From: a bacterium
GTDB lineage: Bacteria; Sysuimicrobiota; Sysuimicrobiia; Sysuimicrobiales; Segetimicrobiaceae
Assembly: GCA_035307565.1 (NCBI GenBank)
Contig: DATGHZ010000040.1
Location: 14,201 to 78,200 of the forward strand
Direction: 5' to 3'
Length of the DNA stretch: 64,000 bases
Shown here: positions 9,464 to 19,804 of the stretch, piece after piece
Layout: every line of letters begins with the position of its first letter
Numbering within the stretch: the first letter of the stretch is position 1
The notes under the pieces: generated by a model
Told to the model about the DNA's origin: nothing
Database searches by the model: none
Seen by the model: only the letters and a program-made list of their open reading frames with translations
Made by a program: the position numbers and the translations under genes

Positions 9464-9663
9464 CAGGCGACGCCTCCCGAGATGACTGGACGCAACTCGA
9501 CGGTGTCCTCGTCGCCGACGCGGGTGTCGTGCGTCAACAACGCGGCCCCGCGAATCACGAGTACGGACTCCGGGTTGATGCCGAGTTCGGCCAGCAACTC
9601 GCGCACGCGCCGGGCCCCGCGGACCTCGACCTCGCGCTTCTGGTGGCGAATGAGCACCTTCAC
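9463..9663 (-). CDS. ttuB: ThiS/MoaD-type sulfur carrier protein (TtuB-like), ending ...ISGG-VA
   Basis: 66 aa: [66 protein letters not shown]. It resembles Thermus TtuB. Start is in GTGA with the icmB stop (9660-9663); stop is in ATGA with the ttuA start (9461-9465). Confidence 0.75.
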   Translation of the reverse strand: MKVLIRHQKREVEVRGARRVRELLAELGINPESVLVIRGAALLTHDTRVGDEDTVELRPVISGGVA

Positions 9664-10073
9664 GCCGCCACGCCCCGCGGTTTGACGTTCTCGCGCACCC
9701 AGGCGACGATCCGCTCCAGCGGCGTCCCCGGCGTAAACACCGCGGCGATGCCCGCCCCTTCGAGCACCGGAATGTCGTCGTCCGGGATGATTCCCCCGGC
9801 GAAGACCTTGATGTCCCCCGCCCCCTGGGCCCGCAGCAAATCGATCACCTTCGGCAGCAGCACGTTGTGCGCGCCGGAAAGGATGCTGAGGCCGATCGCA
9901 TCCACGTCTTCCTGGATCGCGGCGGTGGCGATCATCTCCGGCGTCTGGTGCAGCCCAGTGTAGATCACCTCGAAGCCGGCGTCCCGCAGCGCGCGCGCGA
10001 CGACTTTCGCGCCGCGGTCGTGGCCGTCGAGGCCAGGCTTGGCTACCAGGATTCGGATCGGGGCATCCGCCAT
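9660..10073 (-). CDS. icmB: B12-binding small subunit of acyl-CoA mutase (isobutyryl-CoA mutase type)
   Basis: 137 aa with the cobalamin DxHxxG motif ([11 protein letters not shown]) and the Rossmann-like SILSGAH...GGIIP pattern. Confidence 0.85.
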   Translation of the reverse strand: MADAPIRILVAKPGLDGHDRGAKVVARALRDAGFEVIYTGLHQTPEMIATAAIQEDVDAIGLSILSGAHNVLLPKVIDLLRAQGAGDIKVFAGGIIPDDDIPVLEGAGIAAVFTPGTPLERIVAWVRENVKPRGVAA

Positions 10074-10080
10074 GCCTGCT

Positions 10081-10110
10081 ATTATCCCACGCGCACCGAG
10101 GCCCGGACAA
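10081..10110 (-). promoter_or_regulatory. putative sigma-70 promoter of the icmB-ttuB-ttuA-trmI operon, apparently leaderless
   Basis: Minus strand reads TTGTCC-N18-(TGg)GATAAT-AGCAGGC-ATG. The -10 ends 7 nt before the icmB ATG and no Shine-Dalgarno is present. Confidence 0.4.
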
Positions 10111-10169
10111 GCGGACGCGCGGGCACACGGACCGCAGGCCGCCCCGCCGTCCTACGCGAATGTCGCGTC

Positions 10170-11099
10170 ATGTCCTCTCGCCGCGGCCCCGCCCGCCGCC
10201 CCCGCGTCTCGTCTCGCCGGTCTCATCCCGGACCGGGCCGCCCCGGGGCGCGATCCCGTCCGGTGCGATCTCGCGGGGTTGCCTTCATTTGTACGACGTG
10301 CGGTGTCCAGTACGCGAAGGGGCCGGAACCTCCACAGTCGTGTCCAGTCTGCGAAGACGAGCGGCAGTTCGTGAATGTCCGCGGACAGATGTGGACGAGC
10401 CCCGAGGCGCTCCGCCGCTCGCACCGGAACGTGCTGCGCGCGGAAGAACCCGGACTTACCGGCATCGGCATGGAGCCGTCGTTTGGCATCGGCCAGCGCG
10501 CGCTGCTCGTGCGCACGCGCGACGGGAACGTCCTATGGGACTGCGTTCCGCTCCTCGACGCCGCCGTCGTCGACGGCGTGGCGGCGATGGGCGGACTCGC
10601 CGCCATCGCGATCTCCCACCCGCATTTCTACGCGGCCATGGTGGACTGGAGCCACGCCTTCGGCCGCGTGCCGGTCTACGTGCACGCGGCGGACCGCCGC
10701 CACGTCATGCGGCCGGACCGGGTCATCGAGTACTGGGACGGTGATCACCGCGATCTCCCCGGCGGACTGACGCTCGTCCGGTGCGGCGGGCATTTTGACG
10801 GCTCCACGCTCCTGCACTGGCCGGAGGGGGCCAAAGGCCGCGGCGCGCTGTTGACCGGCGACACGATTCAGGCCGTTCCGAACCGGCGGGCGGTGAGCTT
10901 CATGTACAGTTATCCGAATTACATTCCGCTGCCGGCCGAGGCCGTGCGGCGGATCGCAGAGGCGGTGGAGCCGCTGGCGTTCGACCGGATCTACGGCGGC
11001 TGGTTCGATCGAGTAGTGCCGGCCCGCGCGAAGGCGATCGTGGCCCGGTCCGCGGGGCGCTACCTCAAGGCCATCGGGTCGCACCAAGCGTCACCATAG
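10170..11099 (+). CDS. MBL-fold metallo-hydrolase with N-terminal Cys4 zinc-ribbon-like motif
   Basis: FICTTCGVQYAKGPEPPQSCPVCEDERQF, then a beta-lactamase fold (ISHPHFY..., GGHFDGS, LLTGDT). Start is ATG 10170 or GTG 10263; upstream track residues are antisense to icmB. Confidence 0.7.
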   Translation: MSSRRGPARRPRVSSRRSHPGPGRPGARSRPVRSRGVAFICTTCGVQYAKGPEPPQSCPVCEDERQFVNVRGQMWTSPEALRRSHRNVLRAEEPGLTGIGMEPSFGIGQRALLVRTRDGNVLWDCVPLLDAAVVDGVAAMGGLAAIAISHPHFYAAMVDWSHAFGRVPVYVHAADRRHVMRPDRVIEYWDGDHRDLPGGLTLVRCGGHFDGSTLLHWPEGAKGRGALLTGDTIQAVPNRRAVSFMYSYPNYIPLPAEAVRRIAEAVEPLAFDRIYGGWFDRVVPARAKAIVARSAGRYLKAIGSHQASP

Positions 11100-11123
11100 C
11101 GCCGGCGGCTCACTCAAAAAGCA

Positions 11124-11156
11124 TGAGGGGGAGCGGATTATCTCCGCTCCCCTCAC
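11124..11156. terminator. bidirectional stem-loop between convergent genes
   Basis: TGAGGGGGAGCGGA-TTAT-CTCCGCTCCCCTCA (one bulge), flanked by AAAAA on the left. It lies between the MBL gene stop (11099) and the stop of the minus-strand gene at 11221. Confidence 0.6.
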
Positions 11157-11220
11157 GCTTCCTTCGCGCATGTTTGGCTACATGCCGGTCTGCGAATCGA
11201 CGATGAGGCGCGTCTCCTCC

Positions 11221-11667
11221 TCAGGCGACAGGCCGTTTCGCCTGTGCCCACAGACCGACCTGGGTGGCCCAGTCCCTGCTGGACGCGAACAGGGGGCCCA
11301 CATTGCCCACCGTGACCTGCCTCGGTGCGTCCCACGTCGGCACCTGGGAAGTCCAGTTGTAGATCAGCGGACGGCCCGCGAGCATTGTCCCGTTGAAGCG
11401 GCAGATGTGAACACATTGGTACGTGCCCGCGGCAAACGGACACCCGAAGACCGCGAACGTCCACAGGCCTCGGGCATACGAGCCGTCCACGGCGACCCCG
11501 CCGAAGGTGCCCGCAATCCCGCCTGGCGGGGTGGCGCCCGAAAACGACTCCCCGGTTAACGTGAGATTGTATGACAGGTTGGTCTGCGCGGCCACCGGAC
11601 CCGGCGCAATGGCGCCGGCCACGAGAACGGCCGTGAGTGCGACATATAGTGCTCTCACTTCGCTCAC
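11221..11667 (-). CDS. hypothetical secreted protein (orphan)
   Basis: N-terminal signal-like peptide (ALYVALTAVLVAGAIAPGPVAAQ/TN), 4 Cys, no recognisable family. GGAAAGGGG precedes the GTG start. GC is lower than the core genes. Confidence 0.5.
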   Translation of the reverse strand: MSEVRALYVALTAVLVAGAIAPGPVAAQTNLSYNLTLTGESFSGATPPGGIAGTFGGVAVDGSYARGLWTFAVFGCPFAAGTYQCVHICRFNGTMLAGRPLIYNWTSQVPTWDAPRQVTVGNVGPLFASSRDWATQVGLWAQAKRPVA

Positions 11668-11921
11668 CTGCCCCTTTCCAGACCGGCGTCACGCCGGTCC
11701 GGCTGTTGTGCGGTACATCGCCCCACAGGAAAGATGGACCCGGTTCTCCTAGGCGGTTGGGGCGACTCTGTAACGATCTCTCGCTTGGCCGTCGAAAACT
11801 GTAATGAAGGCAGCGCTGAGGCAGTCTAGACGCTCGGCCGGAGGGGCACTAACACGCTGGCAACGCCGGCCGCGCGTCGCAGGCGTTGGTCCCGGCGCCT
11901 CCAGAACGAGGGGGAGATTCC

Positions 11922-12113
11922 ATGCGGTACCTTGGATTGCTCGGCCTGCTGCTCGCGGTCGCGATCATGCTGTACCTGGCGGCGCCCAGAACCCAGCAAT
12001 CTTCGCACACCACCTACAACGCGGCTACCGGAGCGGCGCAGCACGCCGCCGGCGCCGCGGAGCAGCATGTCCGAGATATCATGAAACCGCCCGTCGACGG
12101 CACAAACCCCTGA
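11922..12113 (+). CDS. hypothetical small membrane protein (63 aa)
   Basis: GAGGGGGAG then ATG 11922. One TM helix (MRYLGLLGLLLAVAIMLYLAA). No family recognised. Confidence 0.35.
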   Translation: MRYLGLLGLLLAVAIMLYLAAPRTQQSSHTTYNAATGAAQHAAGAAEQHVRDIMKPPVDGTNP

Positions 12114-12135
12114 ATCTCCCAGCCCAACCGTTTCC

Positions 12136-12194
12136 TACCGGCACGTAGAGTTCATTACCGGCACATGCGTTGACTTAGTCCATGCCTTAGTCCA
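12136..12194 (+). repeat. two pairs of 9-nt direct repeats upstream of the toxin-antitoxin operon (operator-like)
   Basis: TACCGGCAC at 12136 and 12156 (20-nt period). CTTAGTCCA at 12174 and 12186 (12-nt period), overlapping a TTGACT hexamer at 12170. Confidence 0.55.
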
Positions 12195-12216
12195 CCATAG
12201 CAAGTGGTGATGTCCT

Positions 12217-12447
12217 GTGGCGATGGTCAATATCCACCACGCAAAAACGCACTTGTCAAAGCTCATTCAGCGGGTGGAACTAGGTGAGGACATCACGATC
12301 GCGCGGGCCGGCAAGCCCGTTGCCCGGCTTGTGCCTGTGAAAACCGCTGTAGTCTCTCGAACGCCCGGGTCGGCCAAGGGGCAAGTAACAATTTCGGCAA
12401 ATTTCGACGCTCCCATGCCGAAAGAGTTCCAACGACACTTTGAATGA
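12217..12447 (+). CDS. type II antitoxin, Phd/YefM family
   Basis: MVNIHHAKTHLSKLIQRVELGEDITIARAGKPVARLVP is the Phd/YefM N-terminal fold pattern. ATG 12223 is a likely alternative start. Stop overlaps the toxin ATG (ATGA at 12444-12447). Confidence 0.8.
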   Translation: MAMVNIHHAKTHLSKLIQRVELGEDITIARAGKPVARLVPVKTAVVSRTPGSAKGQVTISANFDAPMPKEFQRHFE

Positions 12448-12830
12448 ACGCGCTGCTGGATACGCAAGCGTTCCTGTGGTGGATCACGGATAACCCACGT
12501 CTGTCCGAGACGGCAAGAGACTTCATTGCGGACGGGGCCAACGAGGTATTCTTCAGCGTTGTAAGCGCATGGGAAATCGTTGTCAAGGCGGCGGCCGGAC
12601 GAATCACCTTGCCCGATGCGGCGCCGAGGTTCATTCCCCACCACGTTCTCCGAAACGGCTTCGCGGTGCTGCCGGTGAGCATGGAACATGCATTGGGGGT
12701 TGCCGAGCTCCCGCCGGTTCATCGCGATCCGTTCGATCGGCTGCTTGTCGCGCAGGCCCTGGGGGAGGGCCTTGCCGTGCTGACCGGAGACGCACAGATC
12801 GAGCGGTACCCTGTAAGAGTGATCTGGTAG
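12444..12830 (+). CDS. vapC: type II toxin, PIN-domain ribonuclease VapC
   Basis: Conserved acidic positions in LLDTQAF, SAWEIVVK, HRDPFDRLLVAQA and LTGDAQI. 128 aa. Visibly lower GC. Confidence 0.85.
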   Translation: MNALLDTQAFLWWITDNPRLSETARDFIADGANEVFFSVVSAWEIVVKAAAGRITLPDAAPRFIPHHVLRNGFAVLPVSMEHALGVAELPPVHRDPFDRLLVAQALGEGLAVLTGDAQIERYPVRVIW

Positions 12831-12832
12831 CC

Positions 12833-14449
12833 TTACAACACTGCCTGCTCCCGGTATTCACCGTACGCCCGCCGGAACACATCGCAGATCTCGCCGATCG
12901 TCACCCGCGCCCGCACGGCGTCGACAATGGCCGGCATCGTGTTGCCCCCGGCGTCGGTCACGCGCCGCAGGTCGTCGAGCGCGCGGGCGGCCGCGGCCTG
13001 ACTGCGCTCCGCGCGGACCCGGCGGACGCGCTCGATCTGGCGCGGTTCGACCTCGGGGTCGATGCGTAGCCGCGGGATCGGCACGGTCGCCTGGTCGGCG
13101 AACGCGTTCACGCCGACGACGACCTTTTCGCCGCGCTCGAGCTGCTGCTGGTGGCGGTAACTGGCCTCCGCGATCTCGCGCATGGGGTAGCCCTGCTCGA
13201 TCGCGGCCAGCATCCCGCCGAGCTCGTCGATCGTCCGAATGTACGCCGCGGCGTCGGCCTCGATGCGGTCCGTCAGGGCCTCGATGAAGTAGGCGCCCCC
13301 GACCGGATCGACCGTGTTGGTCACGCCGGTCTCGTGCGCGATGATCTGCTGCGTCCGCAGCGCGAGCGTCGCGGCTTCTTCCGTCGGCAGCGCGTAGGTC
13401 TCGTCGAGCGAGTTCGTGTGCAGCGACTGGCACCCGCCGAGGACCGCCGCCAGCGCCTGGAGCGCCGTCCGCACGATGTTGTTCTGCGGCTGCTGCGCGG
13501 TGAGACTCGCGCCCGCGGTCTGCGCGTGTGTGCGCAACATCTGCGAGCGCGGGTTGCGCGCGCCGAACCGCTCGCGCATGATGCGGGCCCACATGCGGCG
13601 CGCGGCCCGGAACTTCGCGACCTCTTCGAAGAAGTCGCTGTGCACGTCGAAAAAGAACGACAGCCGCGGCGCGAAGGCGTCCACGTCGAGCCCCGCGTCG
13701 ATCCCCGCCTGCACGTACGCGATGCCGTCGGCGAGGGTGAACGCGAGTTCCTGGACGGCGGTCGCGCCGGCCTCCCGGATATGGTACCCGCTGATGCTGA
13801 TCGTGTTCCAGCGCGGCAGTTCGCGCGTGCCGTAGACGATGAGGTCTTGCACCAGCTTCATGCTCGGCCGCGGCGGGACGATCCATTCCTTCTGGGCGAT
13901 GAATTCCTTGAGAATGTCGGTCTGCGTCGTGCCGCCGAGCGACGCCGAGCTGAGGCCCCGCGCCGTCGCGACGCCGGCGTACATGGTCAGCAGCACGTTC
14001 GCGGGGGCGTTGATCGTCATCGACGTCGTGATCCGGTCGAGGGGGAGGTCGCGCAGCAGAACGTCCATGTCCTCGATGCTGTCGACCGCGACGCCTTCGC
14101 GGCCCACCTCGCCCAGCGAGCGCGGATGATCCGAGTCGTAGCCCATGAGGGTCGGCATGTCGAACGCCGTGGAGAGACCGGTTTGGCCCTGGCGCAGTAG
14201 ATAGTGAAACCGCGCGTTCGTGTCCTCGGCCGTGCCGAACCCGGCGAACATCCGCATCGTCCACAGCCGGCCGCGGTACATCGTGGCGTGGATGCCGCGC
14301 GTGAACGGAAACTCGCCGGGTGCCCCGAGATCGCGCGCGGGATCGTGCCGCGCGAGGTCGTGCGCCGTGTACAGGCGCTTGACCTCGAGATCCGAGATCG
14401 TGCTAAAGCGCGAAGCCCGCTCGGCGCGCGGGCCGTCCGGGTCCGCCAT
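12833..14449 (-). CDS. icmA: acyl-CoA mutase large (substrate-binding) subunit, isobutyryl-CoA mutase-like
   Basis: [30 protein letters not shown]...[22 protein letters not shown]-barrel pattern. Phe in RMFAGF and Gln in KEFIAQKEW fall at the MutB Tyr89/Arg207 positions. ATG 14449 overlaps the etfA stop (ATGA). Upstream track residues were discarded. Confidence 0.85.
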   Translation of the reverse strand: MADPDGPRAERASRFSTISDLEVKRLYTAHDLARHDPARDLGAPGEFPFTRGIHATMYRGRLWTMRMFAGFGTAEDTNARFHYLLRQGQTGLSTAFDMPTLMGYDSDHPRSLGEVGREGVAVDSIEDMDVLLRDLPLDRITTSMTINAPANVLLTMYAGVATARGLSSASLGGTTQTDILKEFIAQKEWIVPPRPSMKLVQDLIVYGTRELPRWNTISISGYHIREAGATAVQELAFTLADGIAYVQAGIDAGLDVDAFAPRLSFFFDVHSDFFEEVAKFRAARRMWARIMRERFGARNPRSQMLRTHAQTAGASLTAQQPQNNIVRTALQALAAVLGGCQSLHTNSLDETYALPTEEAATLALRTQQIIAHETGVTNTVDPVGGAYFIEALTDRIEADAAAYIRTIDELGGMLAAIEQGYPMREIAEASYRHQQQLERGEKVVVGVNAFADQATVPIPRLRIDPEVEPRQIERVRRVRAERSQAAAARALDDLRRVTDAGGNTMPAIVDAVRARVTIGEICDVFRRAYGEYREQAVL

Positions 14450-15453
14450 CAGCCGCCGGCCCTCTGTGCGCTCTTGAGCTTGCGCACTTCTTCGGTCAGG
14501 AGCGGCAGAATTTCGAACACGTCCCCCACGACGCCGTAGGTCGCGATCCCGAAGATCGGCGCCTGGGGATCCTTGTTGATGGCGACGATGTAGCGGGAGC
14601 CGGACATGCCGGCCAGATGCTGCGGCGCCCCCGAGATGCCGCACGCGATGTACAGCTGCGGGTTGACGGTTTTGCCGGTCTGGCCGATCTCGTAATCGTG
14701 CGGCACCCAGCCGGAGTCGACCGGCGGGCGGCTCGAGCCCACGGCCGCGCCCAGTTCTTTGGCCAGCTTGTCGAGCAGCGCAAAGTTCTCGGGCCCGCGA
14801 AGACCCCGGCCGCCGGAGACGATAATGTCCGCCTCGGTCAGCGGAACGGTCTCCCGCTTGATGGCGGACACCTCGACCACCCGGGTGCGCACGTCCCCCG
14901 CGTCCATGTTGAACGCGACCGGCACGACCTCCGCTGAGCGGCCCGCTTCGGCCGGCGCGGGCGGATAGACATTCGGCAGCACTACAGCGATCCGGATACC
15001 GTCGCCAAACGCGACGCGCGCGATCGCCTTCCGCGTCATCGTCGGCCGGGTCGCCACGACCCGCTCGTCCTCGATCGCGACCGAGGCGCAGTCCGTCACG
15101 ATCCCGGCGTCGAGCCGCGCGGCCAGGCGGGGCGCGAGATCCCGGCCCGCCGCGGTGCTGCCGATCAAGACGAGTCCCGGGGCCGCGCCGGCCAGCGCCG
15201 TCCCGACGGCCTGCACATGGGCATCCGTCGTGTACGGCTCGAGGAGCGGCGACTCCGCGACGTGCACGACGTGCGCGCCGTGGGCCGCCAGGTCGTCCGC
15301 CATGCCGCGGACGGCGCGTCCCGCGACGACGGCGTGGACCCTGAGCGGGCCGGCGAGCGTGCGGGCCAGTCCGAGCAATTCGTACGTGATCTTGCGGGGC
15401 CGGCCGCCGGCCGCGGGCTCTACGACGACCCAGACGTCCGTGGCGGCGCTCAC
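14449..15453 (-). CDS. etfA: electron transfer flavoprotein alpha subunit
   Basis: C-terminal FAD-binding pattern ([34 protein letters not shown]). GTG 15453 overlaps the etfB stop (GTGA). The first 250 aa of the 587-aa track ORF are an Arg-rich artefact over etfB. Confidence 0.9.
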   Translation of the reverse strand: MSAATDVWVVVEPAAGGRPRKITYELLGLARTLAGPLRVHAVVAGRAVRGMADDLAAHGAHVVHVAESPLLEPYTTDAHVQAVGTALAGAAPGLVLIGSTAAGRDLAPRLAARLDAGIVTDCASVAIEDERVVATRPTMTRKAIARVAFGDGIRIAVVLPNVYPPAPAEAGRSAEVVPVAFNMDAGDVRTRVVEVSAIKRETVPLTEADIIVSGGRGLRGPENFALLDKLAKELGAAVGSSRPPVDSGWVPHDYEIGQTGKTVNPQLYIACGISGAPQHLAGMSGSRYIVAINKDPQAPIFGIATYGVVGDVFEILPLLTEEVRKLKSAQRAGG

Positions 15454-16226
15454 AGGACCTTGGCCTCTTCGCGCAGCGCGCGGATGAGCTCCCCCACGAC
15501 CGCCGCGGCTTCCCCTTCGAGCCGGCGGCCGGCCTGGCGTTTGGGCGGCGGCGCCAGCTGCAGCAGTTCGACGTGCGCCGTGGGCGGGGTGCTCATGCCG
15601 AGGTCGGCGAGGCGGCGCACGGTGATCGCCGTCCGCTTCGCCCGCATGATGCCGGGCAGCGACGGATAGCGCGGCTCGTTGATCCCCCGCTCCACCGTGA
15701 TGACGGCCGGGAGACGGACTTCCAGAGTCTCGACCGCGCCCTCGACCTCGCGGTGCGCGGTGGCCCTTCGGCCGTCGCCCAACTCCAGCTTGGTAACCGC
15801 GGTCGCCTGCGGCAGGCCGAGGAACTCCGCGAGCGCCGGTCCGACGATGCCCGCGTTGTCGTCCGTCGCGAGTTTGCCGCACAGGACGAGATCGCACGGC
15901 AGCGGCTTGATGGCCGCCGCCAGCACGCGCGCGGTGCCGATGTGGTCGAGCCCGGCGACGACCTGGTCCTGGATGTGGACCGCCGCGTCGGCGCCCATGG
16001 CCAAACCGGCGCGAAGCCCCTCGACGGCCCGCGCGGGGCCGGCGGTGACGAGCGTCACCGTGCCGCCGAGGCGCTCCTTGATGCGCAGCGCCTCTTCGAC
16101 CCCGTGCTCGTCGTAATAGTTGAGGACGAAATTGAGGCCGCTCTCGTCGACGCCGCGGCCGTCGGCGCGGAGGCGCACCTGTGCCTCCGTGTCCGGCACG
16201 TGCTTCACGCACACCACGACGTTCAC
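15450..16226 (-). CDS. etfB: electron transfer flavoprotein beta subunit
   Basis: [19 protein letters not shown]... the canonical EtfB N-terminus, full length. Confidence 0.9.
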   Translation of the reverse strand: MNVVVCVKHVPDTEAQVRLRADGRGVDESGLNFVLNYYDEHGVEEALRIKERLGGTVTLVTAGPARAVEGLRAGLAMGADAAVHIQDQVVAGLDHIGTARVLAAAIKPLPCDLVLCGKLATDDNAGIVGPALAEFLGLPQATAVTKLELGDGRRATAHREVEGAVETLEVRLPAVITVERGINEPRYPSLPGIMRAKRTAITVRRLADLGMSTPPTAHVELLQLAPPPKRQAGRRLEGEAAAVVGELIRALREEAKVL

Positions 16227-16235
16227 GCGGGCCTC

Positions 16236-17435
<1,200 letters not shown>

Positions 17436-17476
17436 TGTCTCATCTGTTCCCCACGGGGCGTTCCGACTCTATCGTA

Positions 17477-18921
17477 CTACGCCGTGTGCGGCGGCGGACC
17501 GCTCCGCGCGATGATGCGGGAGCCGTACGCGACCGCGCGGGCCGCCGCACCGGCGCCCGGCCGGCCGTCCACCAGGAAGTGCACGTACTGTTCGAGGCCG
17601 TGGGGGCGCACGACGAAGGCGTCGGGACCGACCGGGCGCGTGGCGAGACGCATGTCGTCCGCGACAATCGTCAGCATCGCGCCGTCCGCGGACACCCGCA
17701 CCAGCGTGCCTTCCGCTGATCGATACTCCCCCGCGTACACGCGCAGCCGCTCCGGCGGGCACGCGTACTCCGGATAGACGATCGGCGGGACGTCGGGATC
17801 GGCGCCGTCCAGAACATTGACCAGGCCGTACGCGATCGCGCTCACCGGCGCGTCCGCAAGGTTCGCCAGCACCGCGACGGCGGCGCCGCGCGACGGTACC
17901 ACCGCGATCTGCGCGGAGATGCTGCGCCGCCCCCCGTGGTGCCCGACGAGCACCCCGCCCCGGTATTCAGGCAGCACGCTCAGCCCGTACCCGTAGCCCT
18001 GACCCGGGCCGACCCTGACATGCGGACGGGTCATGGCCGCGACGGCGCGCTCCGAAAGGACGCGCCGGCCGCCGACCATGCCGCCGGTCCGATAGAGCTC
18101 GAGGTAGCGCGCGAGGTCCGTCACCGTGGAACAGATACCTCCGGCGGGATGCCACACTTCCGAATACCACCAGGTCCGCGCCGGAAGAATCATGCGCCGG
18201 CCGTTTGCCTTCTTGGCGATGTAGGGCGTGGTCACGCCGCCGGGCGGCATCGGCATCGCACCGGCCGGCGGATGTGGGGGCGGCGGACCAAAGGCGGTGC
18301 TCGTCAGGCCCGCCGGTTCCAGGATCGTCTCGGCAACGTAGCGCGTGTACGGCCGGCCGCTCACGCGCGCGACAATCGCGTCCAACAGCGCGTAGCCCTC
18401 GTTGCAGTAGCTGAAGCAAGCGCCCGGCGGCCCGAGCGGCGTCCAATCACCGTTGGCCAGGTAGCTCATCAGGTCTTCGGGCGTCTCGAACGGCGGCCGT
18501 GCGCCGACGTCCACCGGCGGGGGAGTGCCGTCGGAATCTTCGCGGGCACTCGCGCCGAAAGCATACCATCGCGACGGCAGCGGCGGAAAGCCGGGCGTGT
18601 GCGTCAAGAAGTGGTGGATGCGAACGGCCGGCGCGTCGCCGCGCGGAAGCCGGAATTCCGGCAGGTACTCGACCACCGGGTCGTCCACGGACAGCCGCCC
18701 ATCGTCCGCGAGCCGCATGACCGCGGCGGCCGTAAACGACTTGGTGACGGAAGCGACGCCGAAAATAGTGTCCGGCCCGGCCGGGATCCCGGCGTCCCGG
18801 TCCGCGGCGCCGAAGCCGCGCGCGTAGACGACCGTCCCGCTGCGTGCCGCGGCGACGGCGGCGCCGGGCACCTCGTCGCTCCTGAGGAGACGTTCGGCGT
18901 ACGTCTCGAACGTCTCGAACG

Positions 18922-18925
<4 letters not shown>
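17477..18925 (-). CDS. serine hydrolase, beta-lactamase/transpeptidase-like (class C/EstB-like) family
   Basis: SxxK nucleophile motif FGVASVTKSF and a YSNEGY-like CNEGYALL. GTG 18925 overlaps the hbd stop (GTGA at 18922-18925). The upstream 206 aa of the track ORF overlap hbd out of frame. Confidence 0.75.
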
Positions 18926-19797
<872 letters not shown>

Positions 19798-19804
19798 CTC
19801 CCGG

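Noticed and set aside
14449-16212. Taking the long track ORFs at face value as single proteins: 587 aa here, also 12833..14644, 17477..19543, 26228..27073, 26827..28320, 29519..30910, 30388..31821, 32599..33993, 50915..52510, 53930..55885, 55732..57339 and 60762..63284
   Set aside because: Their N-terminal portions overlap the preceding gene in another frame and are Arg-rich. Conserved family N-termini begin at internal ATG/GTG codons, which usually form ATGA/GTGA overlaps with the upstream stop. The starts were trimmed accordingly.
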